Part shown: in pieces, positions 38,180-51,669 of the stretch
Layout: every line of letters starts with the position of its first letter
Numbering within the stretch: position 1 is the stretch's first letter
Source of the DNA: Takakia lepidozioides
Lineage: Eukaryota; Plantae; Bryophyta
Assembly: GCA_030704615.1 (NCBI GenBank)
Contig: CM060731.1
Location: 86,490,001 to 86,554,000 of the forward strand
Direction of reading: 5' to 3'
Length of the DNA: 64,000 nucleotides
Notes under the pieces: model-generated
What the model saw: the letters and a program-made list of their open reading frames with translations, nothing else
What the model was told of the DNA's origin: nothing
Database searches by the model: none
Position numbers and translations under genes: made by a program

Positions 38180-39409
38180 AGAGAATCATCTCAGAGGGAA
38201 TCATCTGCCTCCGATAGTGAAGATGGATCCGATGATGCTCTAAAAAATGCGTATGACCCGTTTACATTCACAGAGGAGGATGTTTATATCCAGCCGACCT
38301 TTGATGACCTTCTTGAAGAAGTGCGTATCGCAGATGAAGGTGAAGCTGCAATTGTGTCATCCCCAGAACATGGTCCTCAAAATGAAGTTGGGGTCGACCC
38401 TCGCCCCCCACTACACGCTGAAGCCACGTAGTGCCCCAATGGAGCTTAGGGGTGATGAACTTCCAGGTTCGAGCGACGTACACAACCCTGTTCATACAAA
38501 CAATGGTGTCGAACCCATTGTACAGTCGACATGATGGGATCATGCCTCACCGATACGACCAGCTCCACCACAATGCCAAAACCGATCCAGCTCCCCATCA
38601 ACACAGCGGCATTAAGGAGCAACAGGGTTGATCTGTTTTCCACACGCACGCATCATTCTGCTGCATTGGACCGAGCGGAAGTTGAAGTCTTGGATGATGA
38701 CAACCTGTCACTACAATTCCACCTTAACCAACATATTTAGTAGCTGATCCGTAATTCCTCACATGCTGGACCATCTAATGTCGGTCCATCTCGGGCAGAC
38801 CCCCCTCCAGTACCTCCTTCGAGACTACCTTCGATTGCGTCCCAAGTCCATAAACGACAGAGAACAGTCCAACCTTTCGTAGGCGATCGACCCACAAATA
38901 GGCCAGATACCGTGGATGGTATTCAAGACTGGAGTGGGAGTCGACCTCAGAGAGAACTAAATCTGGTTCAAGGTCGCTTGCAGATTCAAAGGTCTGGACA
39001 TAGGAAGACGATTCCAGCACTGATCATGGCAATGGTGGTGAAGTCGAGGATGACCCCGATTTTCAACCCATCGGAGCATTAGGATTAGGATCTTCTTCGT
39101 CCCGCCGTCGAAGCAGTAGAAGGAATTAAAGCAAAACAAATGTAGGCATGCATCAGCACATTTTAGTGGACATGTTTACATTTCTGTAGTGAAGTAATAC
39201 CAGTGTAATCATTGTCACTATGAGTATTTGTATTGCTGTTGTGTATGTGTTGGAAAATAAAAGATGTTGCCCATGTGTATACCAGCCAAAATGTCGGCCA
39301 AATGCACCGTCACTTGCTCATGTTTGTGTGCGGTCGCATTTGTTTTTTATTCTTTGTAAATACAGTGAACGCGATCTAAAAGCGATCGTCTTTTGTTTCT
39401 TCGTAAAAT

Positions 39410-41210
39410 TACTGGCGGTTGCTTTAATTTCTATTTTTTCTGAAAATCCAGCGTCCGCCAATAGTGGCGGTCGGTTGTTTTTTTAATTTTGGAAAATGGA
39501 TCGACCGCCATATTTTACGGTCGTTTTTTTGGGATTTTAAAATGGAGTGACCGCCAAGGTGGCGGTCGCTTCTGCGAGGTGTGCCCTGCGCATGGAGCGA
39601 AGAGTGAGGCGGGGGGAGGGGGCATATAAGCTCGGACTCATTCTCCCTTCACTTCCATTACTGGCGGTCGCTTGAAGTTTTTTTTTGTTTTTGTAAATGC
39701 AGCAACCGCCATTACTGGCGGTCGATTTTTCTTTTTTTTTGCGAAATGGAGCGACCACCATTTGTGGCGGTCATTTTTTTTTGTTTTTAAATGGAACGAC
39801 CGCCAAGGTGGCGTTCGCTTTTACGAGGTCTGCCCTGCACGTTGAGCGAGAAATGAGGCGGGGGTGGGGGCATATAAGCTCCCAGTCATTCTCCCCTCAC
39901 TTCCATTACTGGCAGTTTTTGTTTTTACAAAATGCAGCAACTGCCATTACTGGCAGTCGTTTTTACTTTTTTATTTTTGGAAATGGGGCGACCGCCATTA
40001 CTGGCGGTCGTTTTTTAAAAAAAAATAGAGCGACCTCGAAGGCGGCGGTCGCTTCTACGAGGTCTGCCTTGCGTGTGGAGTGAGGAATGAGGCAAGGGGC
40101 ATATAAGCTCCCAGTCATTCTCCCCTCACTTCCATTACTGGCAGTTTTTATTTTTACAAAATGCAGCGACCGCCATTTCTGCGGTCGCTTTTATTTTTTT
40201 ATTTTTGAAAATGGGGCGACCGCCATTACTGGCAGTCGTTTTTTTTTTTTTTAAATGGAGCGACCGCGAAGGTGGCGGTCACTTCTACGAGGTCTGTCCT
40301 GCGCGTGGAGCGAGGAATGAGAGGGGGGGATAACATGACGGTCGCTTTTATTTTAATTATTTTGGAAATGAAGCGACTGCCATTACTGGCGGTCGCTTTT
40401 ATTTTAATTATTTTGGAAATGAAGCGACCACCGTTACTAGCGGTCGCTTTTTTGTTTTTTGGAGGAAAATCGAGCGACCGCTATTAGGGGCGGTTGGCGT
40501 TATTGTTGTTTTTGTAATTGCAGCGACCACCATTAGTGGCGATCGCTTTTGTTTAAATTTGGTTGGAAATGGAGCGACCGCCATTTGTGGCGGTCACTTT
40601 TATTTTAATTGTTTTGAAAATGAAGCGACCGCCATTACTGGCGGTCGCTTCTCTATTTTTTGGAGGAAAATCGAGTGACCGCCATTATGGGCGGTCGCCG
40701 CAATTGTTTTTTTTTTGTAAATCCAGCGACCGCCACTACTGGCGGTCGCTTTTATTAAAATTTTGTTGGAAATGGAGCGACTGCTAGTGGTCGCTTTTAT
40801 TTTAATTGTTTTGAAAATGAAGCGACCGCCATTACTGGCAGTCGCTTTTATTTTAATTGTTTTGAAAATGAAGCGACCACCATTACAGGCGGTCGCTATA
40901 ATTATTTTAGTTTTATAAATGACGATTTTATTTCCATTTCTTTCAAAATGAAGCGACCGCCATTACTGGCGATCGCTTCAATTCTTAATGTCTCTGTAAA
41001 TGTAGCGATCGCCTATGTTGGCGGTCGCTTATTTATTTTATTTTCGAAAAATGGAGCGACCGCCGGTTCTGGCGGTCGTTTATTTACTTATTTATTTATT
41101 TATTATTATTATTTTTAACAAAAATTGGAGTGACCGCAAGTTCTGGCGGTCGTAGTTTTTTTTATTTTTCCGGAAAATGGAGCGACCGCCACTAATGGCG
41201 GTCGCTTCTA
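39410..41210. repeat. Array of the hairpin motif AGCGACCGCCA-N3-5-TGGCGGTCGCT with AT-rich spacers
   Basis: Dozens of degenerate copies, with higher-order duplicated units at ~39540-40330. Confidence 0.92.
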
Positions 41211-41514
41211 GAATGTTTGCCCTGCACGTGCCCCGAGGAATGAGGGAGGGGGGGGGGCATTTCATTATTCCACGACACGTAGTCACGTGGAGAAGGAGGC
41301 CATTGGTTGGGTAGGGGGTATTTTTTGCCGCGATTTCTGTGAGGTCGTTGCAGAATGTTCCAATAGGCCCTCCTCTGGCTTCCAGGATCATTTTATTCTA
41401 CAAAATTAGCTTTTAGGAACTATTTTGACACCTACTCAAACTCGTATAGGGTGAAGGGTTTAGAGTTACGTCTTATTAGTAAACCTCGTTTAGTGTTGCT
41501 CCAATTGTTGCAGA

Positions 41515-43582
41515 ATGGCAGAGGGCCAGGACGATGAGCGTCATGGAAGAGATGACCCCAATGAACATGGACCGCCCCCTAAGAAAATCAAAGGGTCAAA
41601 GCAAGACTTGAATTGGGAAGTATATGGTGACCCTAGCATACTAGTAGAAGAGGGCTGGGAGGATGTTCCGGAAGAGTTCAGGTGGCTGATGGCGAGATGC
41701 AAAAAAATCGTGAAATGGTACCACATCAATCGATTGTGGCCTTTGGATAGGCATGACGTGCAAACCCAAAACAATTACGCAGAGTTCAGGTCTTGCACGA
41801 ACTTGCATTTCCAGCATATGACGAATGAGGTGCATTGCACATTGTGGGGTCAACCTCTCTTAAAGGGCCAAATCTCGTACACCTTGGCAGCCATGTTGTA
41901 CGTGGAGGTCATACTCTTGCGTCCAGTGAATTGGCAAACTGCTAGTAGGAGGAATGCAAGGTTGCTATACGATTTGGAGAAAATCCCGGACACGTTCGGA
42001 ATACACCCGGCTGCAACGTTAGAGGAACAACTGGCGGAAAGAGACCAGCGAATCAGGACCCTGTAGGACCGACTAGACTGGCAAACACTGCGCATAGCCG
42101 AGTTGGAAGCTAGATTGCAAGACATGCCTCCAAACAATGAAGGTACTGTTGTCCACAATGAGGATCGAACAAACGTTGTGGACATGGACGTGGAGTTTGC
42201 GATGCCCGATCGTAGTATTGACCTCATCATTCACGAAATTACAGACGTCCTTGACCATGTGGCCGATGAAACCATGGTTGAGGAACAGCGAATTGCGGAT
42301 GAGAGAAGGAAGAAATGAAAAGAACCAGTACTGAAAACCGGGGAATGCTCGAGGGTCGCCATTCAATCCTGAATCCGATATTAGATGTCGACCGCGTTAC
42401 AAATGAGCGGGACATTGCCATGGCAACTGCATGGCGCTTGTCCAAAATGTTGGAGATTTCCATTGAATGACGATTGGGAGAATAAGATACAATGGGCGAC
42501 CCATTTGGCCTCCAGAGAAGCACGGGTAGAGCGGGCACAGTCAGGCTTGCAACGTGTCGCACGCTTGTCGAACCGTAGCGTGGATAGCATTTATGCCAAC
42601 ATGCAAAGGTATAACGATCTCCGCATCGCATCAAGCATGTTCGCCGGGTATACCAATTGGGTAGATGTGGATTCTATGTTCGATCGATGTGAGCACAGAA
42701 TTTCGGGTTGAACAGAAGCATAAGCTGGGAATTGGAGATAGATGAAGAGTGAGACACCACAACAAGGATAACCAGCCACATCAAACCGGCCCAGAGGGAG
42801 GAGATACCACGAGGTGTTTTGCCGTCATGGATATCAGATGGCACAGTTTGTTCGATGTGTAGGAATCCATACGGCCCAGAGGGATGTCATGTGCTTGAAT
42901 CATGTGGACATATGTTCCATCTATCAAAGATCCCCAGTATTTCTGGGTCACATCTGACTGGGAGATAACCATACGTGCGGGAGGCATTCGAGATTGGTGG
43001 GAGAGAGAGCAGTTTTGCCGCAATCTGGGAGGGCATTGGAGTCAAAGAATGTCCAGGTTTATCCGGCTCCCACAGGTTCCATGGGTGCCGGAGGAGAATG
43101 AATTGTATGACCGACAACCGATTGGGAGACATTTGTTGTTGTCCGAACTGGAAGATGTTATAATATGTAAACGCCGAATGAATGAGGCGTACGAGGCGGC
43201 TTATCGTCAAAACGACACAATGATTAGGGACAGGGCCTGCGAGAGGCAGTTGGAAAGTTTCAAAAGTACCATCAAGGCAGTTGTAGAAAAATGGAGGCGA
43301 AACCGTTATCATCGTGTTTTGGGGGCTCTATTGCCGGATGTGGACGGCCTCGTTGCCGATTTGTATGCAGCCCGAGCACTTGTTTTCGATCCACCTCCGC
43401 CACGTCGTGAGAGTGAAGAAGAAAGTCAACTTTCGCCACGAAGTAGGCGGATGCAGGCCAGAATTGATCACATGCCATTGGGCCCCTCATTGACCACGAG
43501 ATCACAGTCGCAAGCTCTGGCAATTGGCAGTGCAAATCAGGCCACAACATCAAATTCCTTGTCCTCGGACAGTGACAACTAG
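41515..43582 (+). pseudogene. Cluster of unknown ORFs (41515-42318 with two in-frame TAGs, 42385-42711, 42902-43582) between the hairpin arrays
   Basis: Co-oriented, protein-like W/R-rich ORFs with coiled-coil-like segments; no family recognised. Confidence 0.5.
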
Positions 43583-44029
43583 GCTTTAAATGACTGACAG
43601 CATAGTATATATACAATGTGCATTTTTGTTGTACCTTGAATATTGTTGGAAAACACAGTGATAACATTCCGCCATTTTTGTATATCACCAATTTTGTTAA
43701 TACACAATGCACATGTGCGGCACCTACCAATTTCAATTGCATGAGTAGCGTTTTCTTCACATTTACATTCGTATGATGGGGAAGAAGTGGTTCACCCTGT
43801 AAACAAATTTACAATGGTGTCATATTTGGTCATGACGTGTATGTGGGTATTTGCAATGAACTCCGAAAGCTGGAGAACAAGGAAAATTGATGTAAACCAA
43901 TAAGTTATAACGAGTTACGAACGGTCGTCTTCCAAACAAATTTCGCCTGGTCCCTGCGTATTTCATAATCATTTCGCAATATCTATGATCTTTCTACGAA
44001 CATACCCACAAAGTTCTCAAAACACAAAA

Positions 44030-45400
44030 TAATTTCCATTGATCTCATATTACACTGGGACGTATCAGAGGGTACATTGAACACACTGGCCAAGTTTCAA
44101 AGCGAACGAAAATCATTTGGATGGGCAACCATCCGTTGGCCTATTGAACGAATTTCGATTGATCTCATATAACTCTAGGGCCTCTTACATGGCACATTGA
44201 ACATAGTGGCCAAGTCTCAAAGCGAACCAAAATCATTTCGATGGCCAACCATCCGTTGAGCCATCGAATGAATTTCGATTGATCTCATATTAGTCCGGGA
44301 CTTGTGAGAGGGTGTCTCAAACGTAGTGGCAAAGTTTGGAAGCACACAAAAATGATTTGGATGGGCAACCATCCGTTCACACGTTGAATGTATTCCGTTG
44401 GATCTGCTATTGCTTTGGGACCTGTTGGACTGTGTTTCGCGTGCTCACGATTTTTATTTCATTCCGTTTTTTAATGGGGCGTGTAATGTAGCCATATGGA
44501 ACGTGTGTGCCAAATTTGGGAGCGAACATAATTCATTTGGACCCAAAACCACTGTTTCTTCCCTATTTTGCACTCCAAACTTGATTTGTGTTCTACTTCA
44601 TGTACTCTTTATAGAGAGTTCTGCAATAGTGAGCAAAGAAAACACTTTTTTTTTGGGGCATTTTTTATTGGTCCAAATTTTGGCGGGGGAGTAGCGGTGG
44701 GATGCTGGAAGCCGCAGAACAAAATTGAGCCAAAAACAAAATCGATACGTGCCAGAAACCCCCAATGAAAGGCAGTGCAAACCTATTTATTGGCTTAAAA
44801 TGAATTTAAATTCAATTAAATTGTGGAATGGCTTGAGGGGTGAGCGCGTCGATGGGGAGGCAAATGATTTATTCGTCTAATGTGTCTCCGCACATGTGTC
44901 GCACACATGTTCCAGCACATGGGGGCAAAAGAGGGGCTTCAACCACATCCGTTCAATGGGTGCAATAGTCGTGCACGCATTGCAAGATTTCTTTTTCGCA
45001 TTGAACAACAAGTGAACGCCTCATTGGCCCATCGAACGAATTTTGATTGATCTCCTATTACACCGGGACGTATCAGAGGGTACATTGAACACACTGGCCA
45101 AGTTTCAAAGTGAACGAAAATCATTTGGATGGGCAACCATCCGTTGGCCCATTGAACGAATTTCGATTGATCTCATATTACTCTGGGGCCTCTTACATGG
45201 CACATTGAACATAGTGGCCAAATCTCAAAGCGAACCAAAAAATGATGGCCAACCATCCGTTGAGCCATCGAATGAATTTCGATTGATCTCATATTAGTCC
45301 GAGACCTGATACATGGTATGTTGAACATAGTGGCAAAGATTGAAAGCAAACGAAAATCATTTGGATGGGCAACCATTCAATCGCCCATTGAATGAATGGG
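44030..45400. repeat. 120-bp tandem repeat in two duplicated blocks (44030-44420 and 45020-45400)
   Basis: GATCTC(A/C)TAT unit starts at 44041, 44161, 44281 and 44401 (degenerate), and at ~45049, 45169 and 45284. Confidence 0.9.
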
Positions 45401-45444
45401 ATTTCGTCTTCGATTATACTGGGACCTGTTATATGGTATGTCCT

Positions 45445-46950
45445 TTGAAGCTCTTTTTGTAGTGTCTTCTGCCTCGTAATGCGATGTTTTTCCATGTCCA
45501 CCTTATCCAATATGTTGATGTTCTCCACCTGGAACAGATTCACACATGCGTGAAGAAATCCTTAAATAAGCAAATGACCATCTCCACTTTTATAAGCCTC
45601 ATCCCCAGCTTCCAGTTTTGATGGTTATTTGGTTTTTTAAGTCTTTATATACGCATGTGTGGATATGTTCCAGATGGAAGATATCAACATTGGAAAAATA
45701 AGAGTTGGAGAAGCACCTCATTACAAAGCAAGAGACATTACAGAAGACCTTAGCATGCTGAACATCTGGATGAAGAACCTTGTCCATCGTCGCTTCAAGC
45801 GCTTCTGAAATGATCACATGTTTGTTGGTGGAAGCTCATCTCGTAGGCCACATTGATCTCGTACCCATCGAAGATTCCCGTAGGCCACATGGAACGATTC
45901 ATGTGATACATTTTCACAAATGCGATGTGATATATTTGTGAAATTGTATCACATCAACCGTTTAATGTGACCAATGCACCTCTTCCACACCATGGCGGAA
46001 ATGTTCGCCACTTGAAAGCACAAACACAAATAATCCGTGCAAACAATCTCAAGATCATATGTACTGCAAGGTGTTTCATACTGCCGATGTTCATGTAGCT
46101 GAATTCTTTAGGAATCATTTTGCTACTCCCATGCCAACAACATCAGGTCCACTGCGACTACGAAATTCCGAATTCTGTATCAGCCACCACGGACATGAAA
46201 CCAGGAACTTCGCACAAAATCTCCAATTCATTCAATTTATGGTGGGCCGTGGCTGTAGCCTGCAAGCTGGCCGAGGTAGCTGATACGTTCGTTTGAACAT
46301 GACAATATCAGAGGACGTTGGCATGGGAATAGCAAAAAGAGTACTACAGAATTCAGCTAGAGGAACAACAATAGTATGAAACACCTTACCGTAAATATGA
46401 TTGTTGACATTGGTTGTGACAGCTCTAATCAATAGAGAACTCACACCATCAGTTGCGCTCCAGCAGTAGTACCGGTCCCCCGAGTAAATAAAGTTCTGTT
46501 GTAAATAATAAATTGTATACGCTCGAACCTCACAGATGTCATTTCAACAAAACCGGCCGTATATTGTGGCACTGTTTGTAACTTCGAATGTTTCAATGTT
46601 TCTGACAGGGTACTGAGAAAATGATATATTGGTTGCGTAAGAGTTAGACAACAAACGTTCCATATCTCATTCGAATGTCGACACTACCATAAGTGGCATG
46701 GATAAAAAAGTAATAGGTGTACATGCGACCTCCGAACGTTCAAGTAGACCATTCGCTGGACCTAGTATCAAACATTCGGACTTCGGAGGTCGCATGTGCA
46801 TCTATTACTTTCCGATCCATGTCTCTCATGGTAGTGTCGCACATTTGAATGAGATGTGAAACATTTGTTGTCTAACTTCTACGGAACTAATACATCATTT
46901 TCTCATAACCCTATCCGAAACCTTGGAACATTACAAATATAAACAGTGAG
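45445..46950. repeat. Four consecutive unrelated inverted repeats (foldbacks)
   Basis: Arms ~45445-45582/45620-45752; hairpin 45901-45954; ~46054-46145/46308-46402; ~46570-46736/46782-46948. Confidence 0.8.
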
Positions 46951-47267
46951 CCAGTACACAAACCATTTATGTTGCGATGACAAGTGCCAGGGTCGAGCAT
47001 ATGCAATGTAGTATTTACAATGGGACTTTATTTATTACATGCACGATCAAAATTGAGTTATGTCTTCATAAAAGAACCATTGTACAGCCACAAATCTCAT
47101 ATCTACGAGACTATGGTCTACTCCATCTTATATACATCTTTCGGCTCAGGCCAATGGAATGGCTTGCCCATGAACCAAAGTACTACATAGGCTAATGTGA
47201 CTCTCTCATTCTTGTTGTTGTCGTACAACCTTTGTAGCATTGAATGTCAACAACTAAAAACAAGAAG

Positions 47268-47296
47268 AGCGACCGCCACATGGCGGTCGCTGCTTT

Positions 47297-47366
<70 letters not shown>

Positions 47367-47945
47367 CGACCGCCTACTGGCGGTCGCTTAATTCAAGATT
47401 CAAAATATAAATAAGCGACCGCCGCTAAATGGCGGTCGCTTCATTTAAAAAAATATATTAAATAAGCGACCGCCAAACAGCGGTCGCTTGATTTTAAGAA
47501 TCAAAATCAAATCGAGCGACCGCCTCCAAATGGCGGTCGCTGTATTCTTTATTAACAAAAATAGCGACGGCCGTTGCATTTTTCAAATATTTATTGAAGA
47601 AGCGACCGCCAAACGGCGGTCGCTTTATTTAAGAATAAAAATAAAAATAAGTGACCGCTGCTAGATGGCGGTCGCTATATTTAAATATATATATATAGTG
47701 ACCGTCACATGGCGATCGCTGTATTTTTACAGAATATATCAAAGATATAATAATAATAATATAATAAAGTGCGAGTGACCGCCAATCTGGGCGATCGCTT
47801 CATTAAAACATAATAAACTTCAACCGACCGCCAATATAGGCGGTTGCTTAATTTAACAAAATATTAAATTACAAGCGACCGCCAATATGGGCGGTCGCTT
47901 TTATTTTAAACATAATAAATTATGTGCGACCGCCAATATAGGCGG
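47268..47945. repeat. Second AGCGACCGCC..GGCGGTCGCT array, including a (TA)n microsatellite at ~47301-47363
   Basis: Same motif as 39410-41210. Confidence 0.92.
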
Positions 47946-48143
47946 ACACATTTTTTAAGAAGAATTAATAAATATTAATAATTGGCCACGTCTGTTTTAC
48001 ACCGTGGCTGCCGTGTCATTACAAAGGGTAAAAATAAATCGTAAAAGTCAAATGTAAAAAAAATTACATGGGTAAACGTCCGGATTCGACGTGACGTGAC
48101 GGCCAACGTGTCAGCGCCACGTCACGTCAGGAATGATAACTAG

Positions 48144-48806
48144 GCACGGTATTATCGTCAAAGCTGGTATTGTATCTGATGTGATTCTGAACGTTGCCGT
48201 AGTGGACATGTATGCCGAGTTTGGGTACAACTACAAAGATGCAAATGACATGCAGTTTGATAATATGGCTGAATGAGATGTGGTATCAGCCTAGCCCATA
48301 ATTGCACTTAACTAGAGTAGGCAATGAGTGAAGACGGGGTTTGTGGTGACATCGTCCAAGCTGGAATTGAACTGATGTCGTTCTGAAATATGCCCTTGTG
48401 GTGAGGGCGTGCAGAGCAGGAGCGCGGGATGGGGCTCTGGAGACTTGAAAGCAAATGATGGGGGAAGGGGTGAAGCTCGACCACATCATGTTTGTGTGCG
48501 TTTGCAGTGCGTGTGTAAGCCTGGCAGTCCTGGAAGCACATGCAAAGAGGTACATGGTTGCATCACCAAAGCTGGAATTGTACTAGATGTGATTCTGAAC
48601 AATACCCTCGTGGGCATGGATAGCTGAAGGAGCAGGGATAGAGTGTGGGTGCAGATTCATCCAAGAGGGCCGGATTTTCAAGCTCCAGATTACCTATGAT
48701 TCACTGTGGAAGGATAGCTACAAGAAACCTGCATGGGTAGATGGTCAACTAGAAGCCACAGCAGCAGCGACACAATTGATAAAATCAGGCACTGCTAATG
48801 AAGGTA
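48144..48806 (+). pseudogene. PPR fragment and flank; inverted paralog of 28500-28880 and 29585-29770
   Basis: Direct reverse-complement match of both segments. Confidence 0.8.
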
Positions 48807-50274
48807 GTGGATTGCTGAAGTTCGAGAGATGCCAGTGTATGCATCTTTTGCTCAGGAATTTGGAAGTCTACATAGACTTTGCAGCTTTGTGCATTTTTGT
48901 AGTAGCACCGGATTAGATTATGGAACGGATCTTTGAATATTAAGTCACATTGTATTTGAATCGATGTTCCGATTTCAAATGTGCTTTCATGTTTCAATGC
49001 TGCTAGAGTTAGGCCCATGACTACGGTCATGTACACGACTACCTCCCATCCACAGAGCCTCCGCCACGTGCCACTTTCACCCCTCGTGTTCACCGAGGTA
49101 GCCTATACTATATGCGCACACAAATGCATGCATATGGAGGAATGTATGCATGCATACAAATTTTAGATATGCATAGGAACAATTTTATATGCACAACACT
49201 TAAATAAGGGTACCCAAAAAATTAAAAAAATTGTGATTCATCTAATCTTAGGGTCCATAGTCAGAATATCAAAGGATGGAATAAGAATATTCTATATAGA
49301 ATATTCTATATTCATTGTATTATTATTCCACATGGGTGAGTGTAGGAATGGGAGAGGAACATGTTGCTTTTATGGCTTTCCAACATGAGAAAAAAGGTCG
49401 AAAAATTAAAAAGTGACGAGGCACGGCTCCTTGTTAGATACAAATGGTGAAGGTACGGGCTCTTCCAATGGTGGGAGTCTAGTTTGAAGTTCAGAATGGA
49501 GCAATGCTCAAGGAATGCTATGGAGCTTGACAATGTGATGGAGATGGTCCGCTGCGCATTTGGGTAGTAAATGGCGATGGCCCGCAAGGGAATTCAATTT
49601 TACAAAAAAGACTATTGATTGGTAATCGAACCCGCAATCTCATAACTTAAAAAACATAATCCTTACCAAACCATCACCTATTTAATCTTGTTACATAGGT
49701 TTTGCAGTATTTATATATCTATCTTCTGAAACATTTTTATTTTACAAAAACATAATGTCCATCAGAGATGGAACCCACAACCTATCGGGTATCAAACCTA
49801 GTTCATACCACTATACTACCCATTCAGACTTGAAACACTAATGAAATGAAACACTAATGAGATAAAGATAGTTACCCTGTGTGTACATAACATGCCACAA
49901 TACTCATAAGGGTTGATCTTACTAATGATGAAATTTGATAGTGCTGAAGTGCATGTTGAACTTGCATTCCGGTAAAGGGATCTATGAAATGCAGTAGAGA
50001 TCTATGTACAAACTATTACATAGATAAATCAAATGACAGGAAGATAACATGAAATCTGATTTCAACACCATGTCATTTGCCCCATTTGTTTTACCTTACA
50101 CTAGAGAGAAAGACATGTATCATAAAAAATAACCAAAAATTCGGACTGACAATGAGGACAATGTATTGTATATGTAATTTCTAATTACCTACATAACATC
50201 ATCAGCTGATACTTCATCATCCGTGTCATAAGCCTGTGATTCAGAGGCATACACATCCATGAAAGCCTCAACTC

Positions 50275-50726
50275 TACGCACAGGGCTAAAGATTTGTTGC
50301 ACAATCAGCACAGTAGACGTGCTTCAAATGCAATTCATGTGGATCAATAAAAACCCCATTGTGCCCTCTTTTTGTTCTATTTTGTATCCATCGTTCCCAG
50401 AATGCATCATTCCTCATTTCGTTTGGGATTGGGAGTGTGGGTGGATTTTGCAAGCGGTTGGTAGGCTGAAATGGGCCCCCATTGTACAGAGCAGTACCAC
50501 CCTACCATTCGCGAAACATTGCCTTTCAATATGTAATTCTAAAAAACATTGCCGAACCTCCTTCATCGGGAGGTCCTTCTCCCCCTATGACCGTGACACC
50601 CTAAACCCTATTCCCGCGGACACTCATTTCCGGAAAATAGTCCCGCTCATGTTTTTTTTGACACTTACGACTCTGCTCATGGCTCATGCCGCTCATGGCT
50701 CATGGCTCATGAAATAGCAGCCCCCG
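50275..50726 (-). mobile_element. Terminal fragment E of the element-B family (CGGGGG-type end at 50726)
   Basis: Reverse-complement match to 17674-18125, ending GCTCATGAAATAGCAGCCCCCG. Confidence 0.88.
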
Positions 50727-50769
50727 TCCCACCATTGACTGGGATAATAAAAGTAATTATTCCACAGCT

Positions 50770-51668
50770 TCTCGTCATTTTCCCCTAGGTCTCCAAAGCC
50801 TCCATCCCGCGCCCTTGCTATGCATATCCTGCAATCATCACACTCCACAACACCACATGTCGTTCAGCCATACCGTGGAACACTCCCTTTGCATCCTCAT
50901 GAATGCACCCACATTTGGCATACATGTCCACCAGGGCAGTGTTCAGAATGACAGGTGCAATTCCAGATTTGATGATGCCACCATGCATCTCTTTGCCCTT
51001 TTCCAGGGCTGCCAGCTTGCATAAGCATTGCAAACGTGATCTGGTTACACTTCACCCCTTCCCATATCATTTGCTCATAGGTCTCCAAGGCCTCCATCTC
51101 GCGCCCTTGTTGTGCATATCCTGCAAGCATGGCATTCCATGACACCATATCTTCTTCAGCCATACTGTCGAACACTCCCTTTGCATCCTCAATGCACCCA
51201 CATTTTGCATACATGTCCACCACGGTATTGTTCAGAATGACATGGGGTTTAATCCAGCTCTGACAATGTCACCATGGACCTCTTTGCCCTTTTCCAGGGC
51301 TGCCAGGCTTGCACATGCAGTGCAAATGCACACAAACGTGATGTGGTTGGGCTTCACCCCTTCCCCCATCATTGGATCATAGATCTCCAAAGCCTCCATA
51401 CCAAGTTCCTGTTGTGCATACCCTGCAAGCATCGCGTTCCACAACACCACATCTCGTTCAGCCATAGACTTGTTGAAAACTCCCTTTGCATCCTTAATGC
51501 ATCCACATTTGGCATACATGTCCACCAGGGCAGTGTTCAAAATGACATCTGGTACAATTCCAGCTTTGACGAGATCACCATGGACCTCTTTCCCCTTTTT
51601 CAGAGCTCCCCTGCTTGCACATGCATTGCAAACACAAACAAATGTGATCTGGTTGGGCTTCACCCCTT
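50770..51668 (-). pseudogene. PLS-class PPR tract (about three P-L-S triplets), frameshifted
   Basis: LNTALVDMYAKCGCIKDAKGVF, DVVLWNAMLAGYAQ and KPNHITFVCIC repeats. Confidence 0.9.
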
Positions 51669-51669
51669 A

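Noticed and set aside
49612-49822. tRNA genes (also 63818-63888)
   Set aside because: Only A/B-box-like remnants; no complete cloverleaf.
31020-50726. Pairing the D end with the E end as one 19.7-kb element
   Set aside because: The flanks CTCCTCT and TCCCACC do not form a TSD, and the two ends match different families (A-like and B-like).
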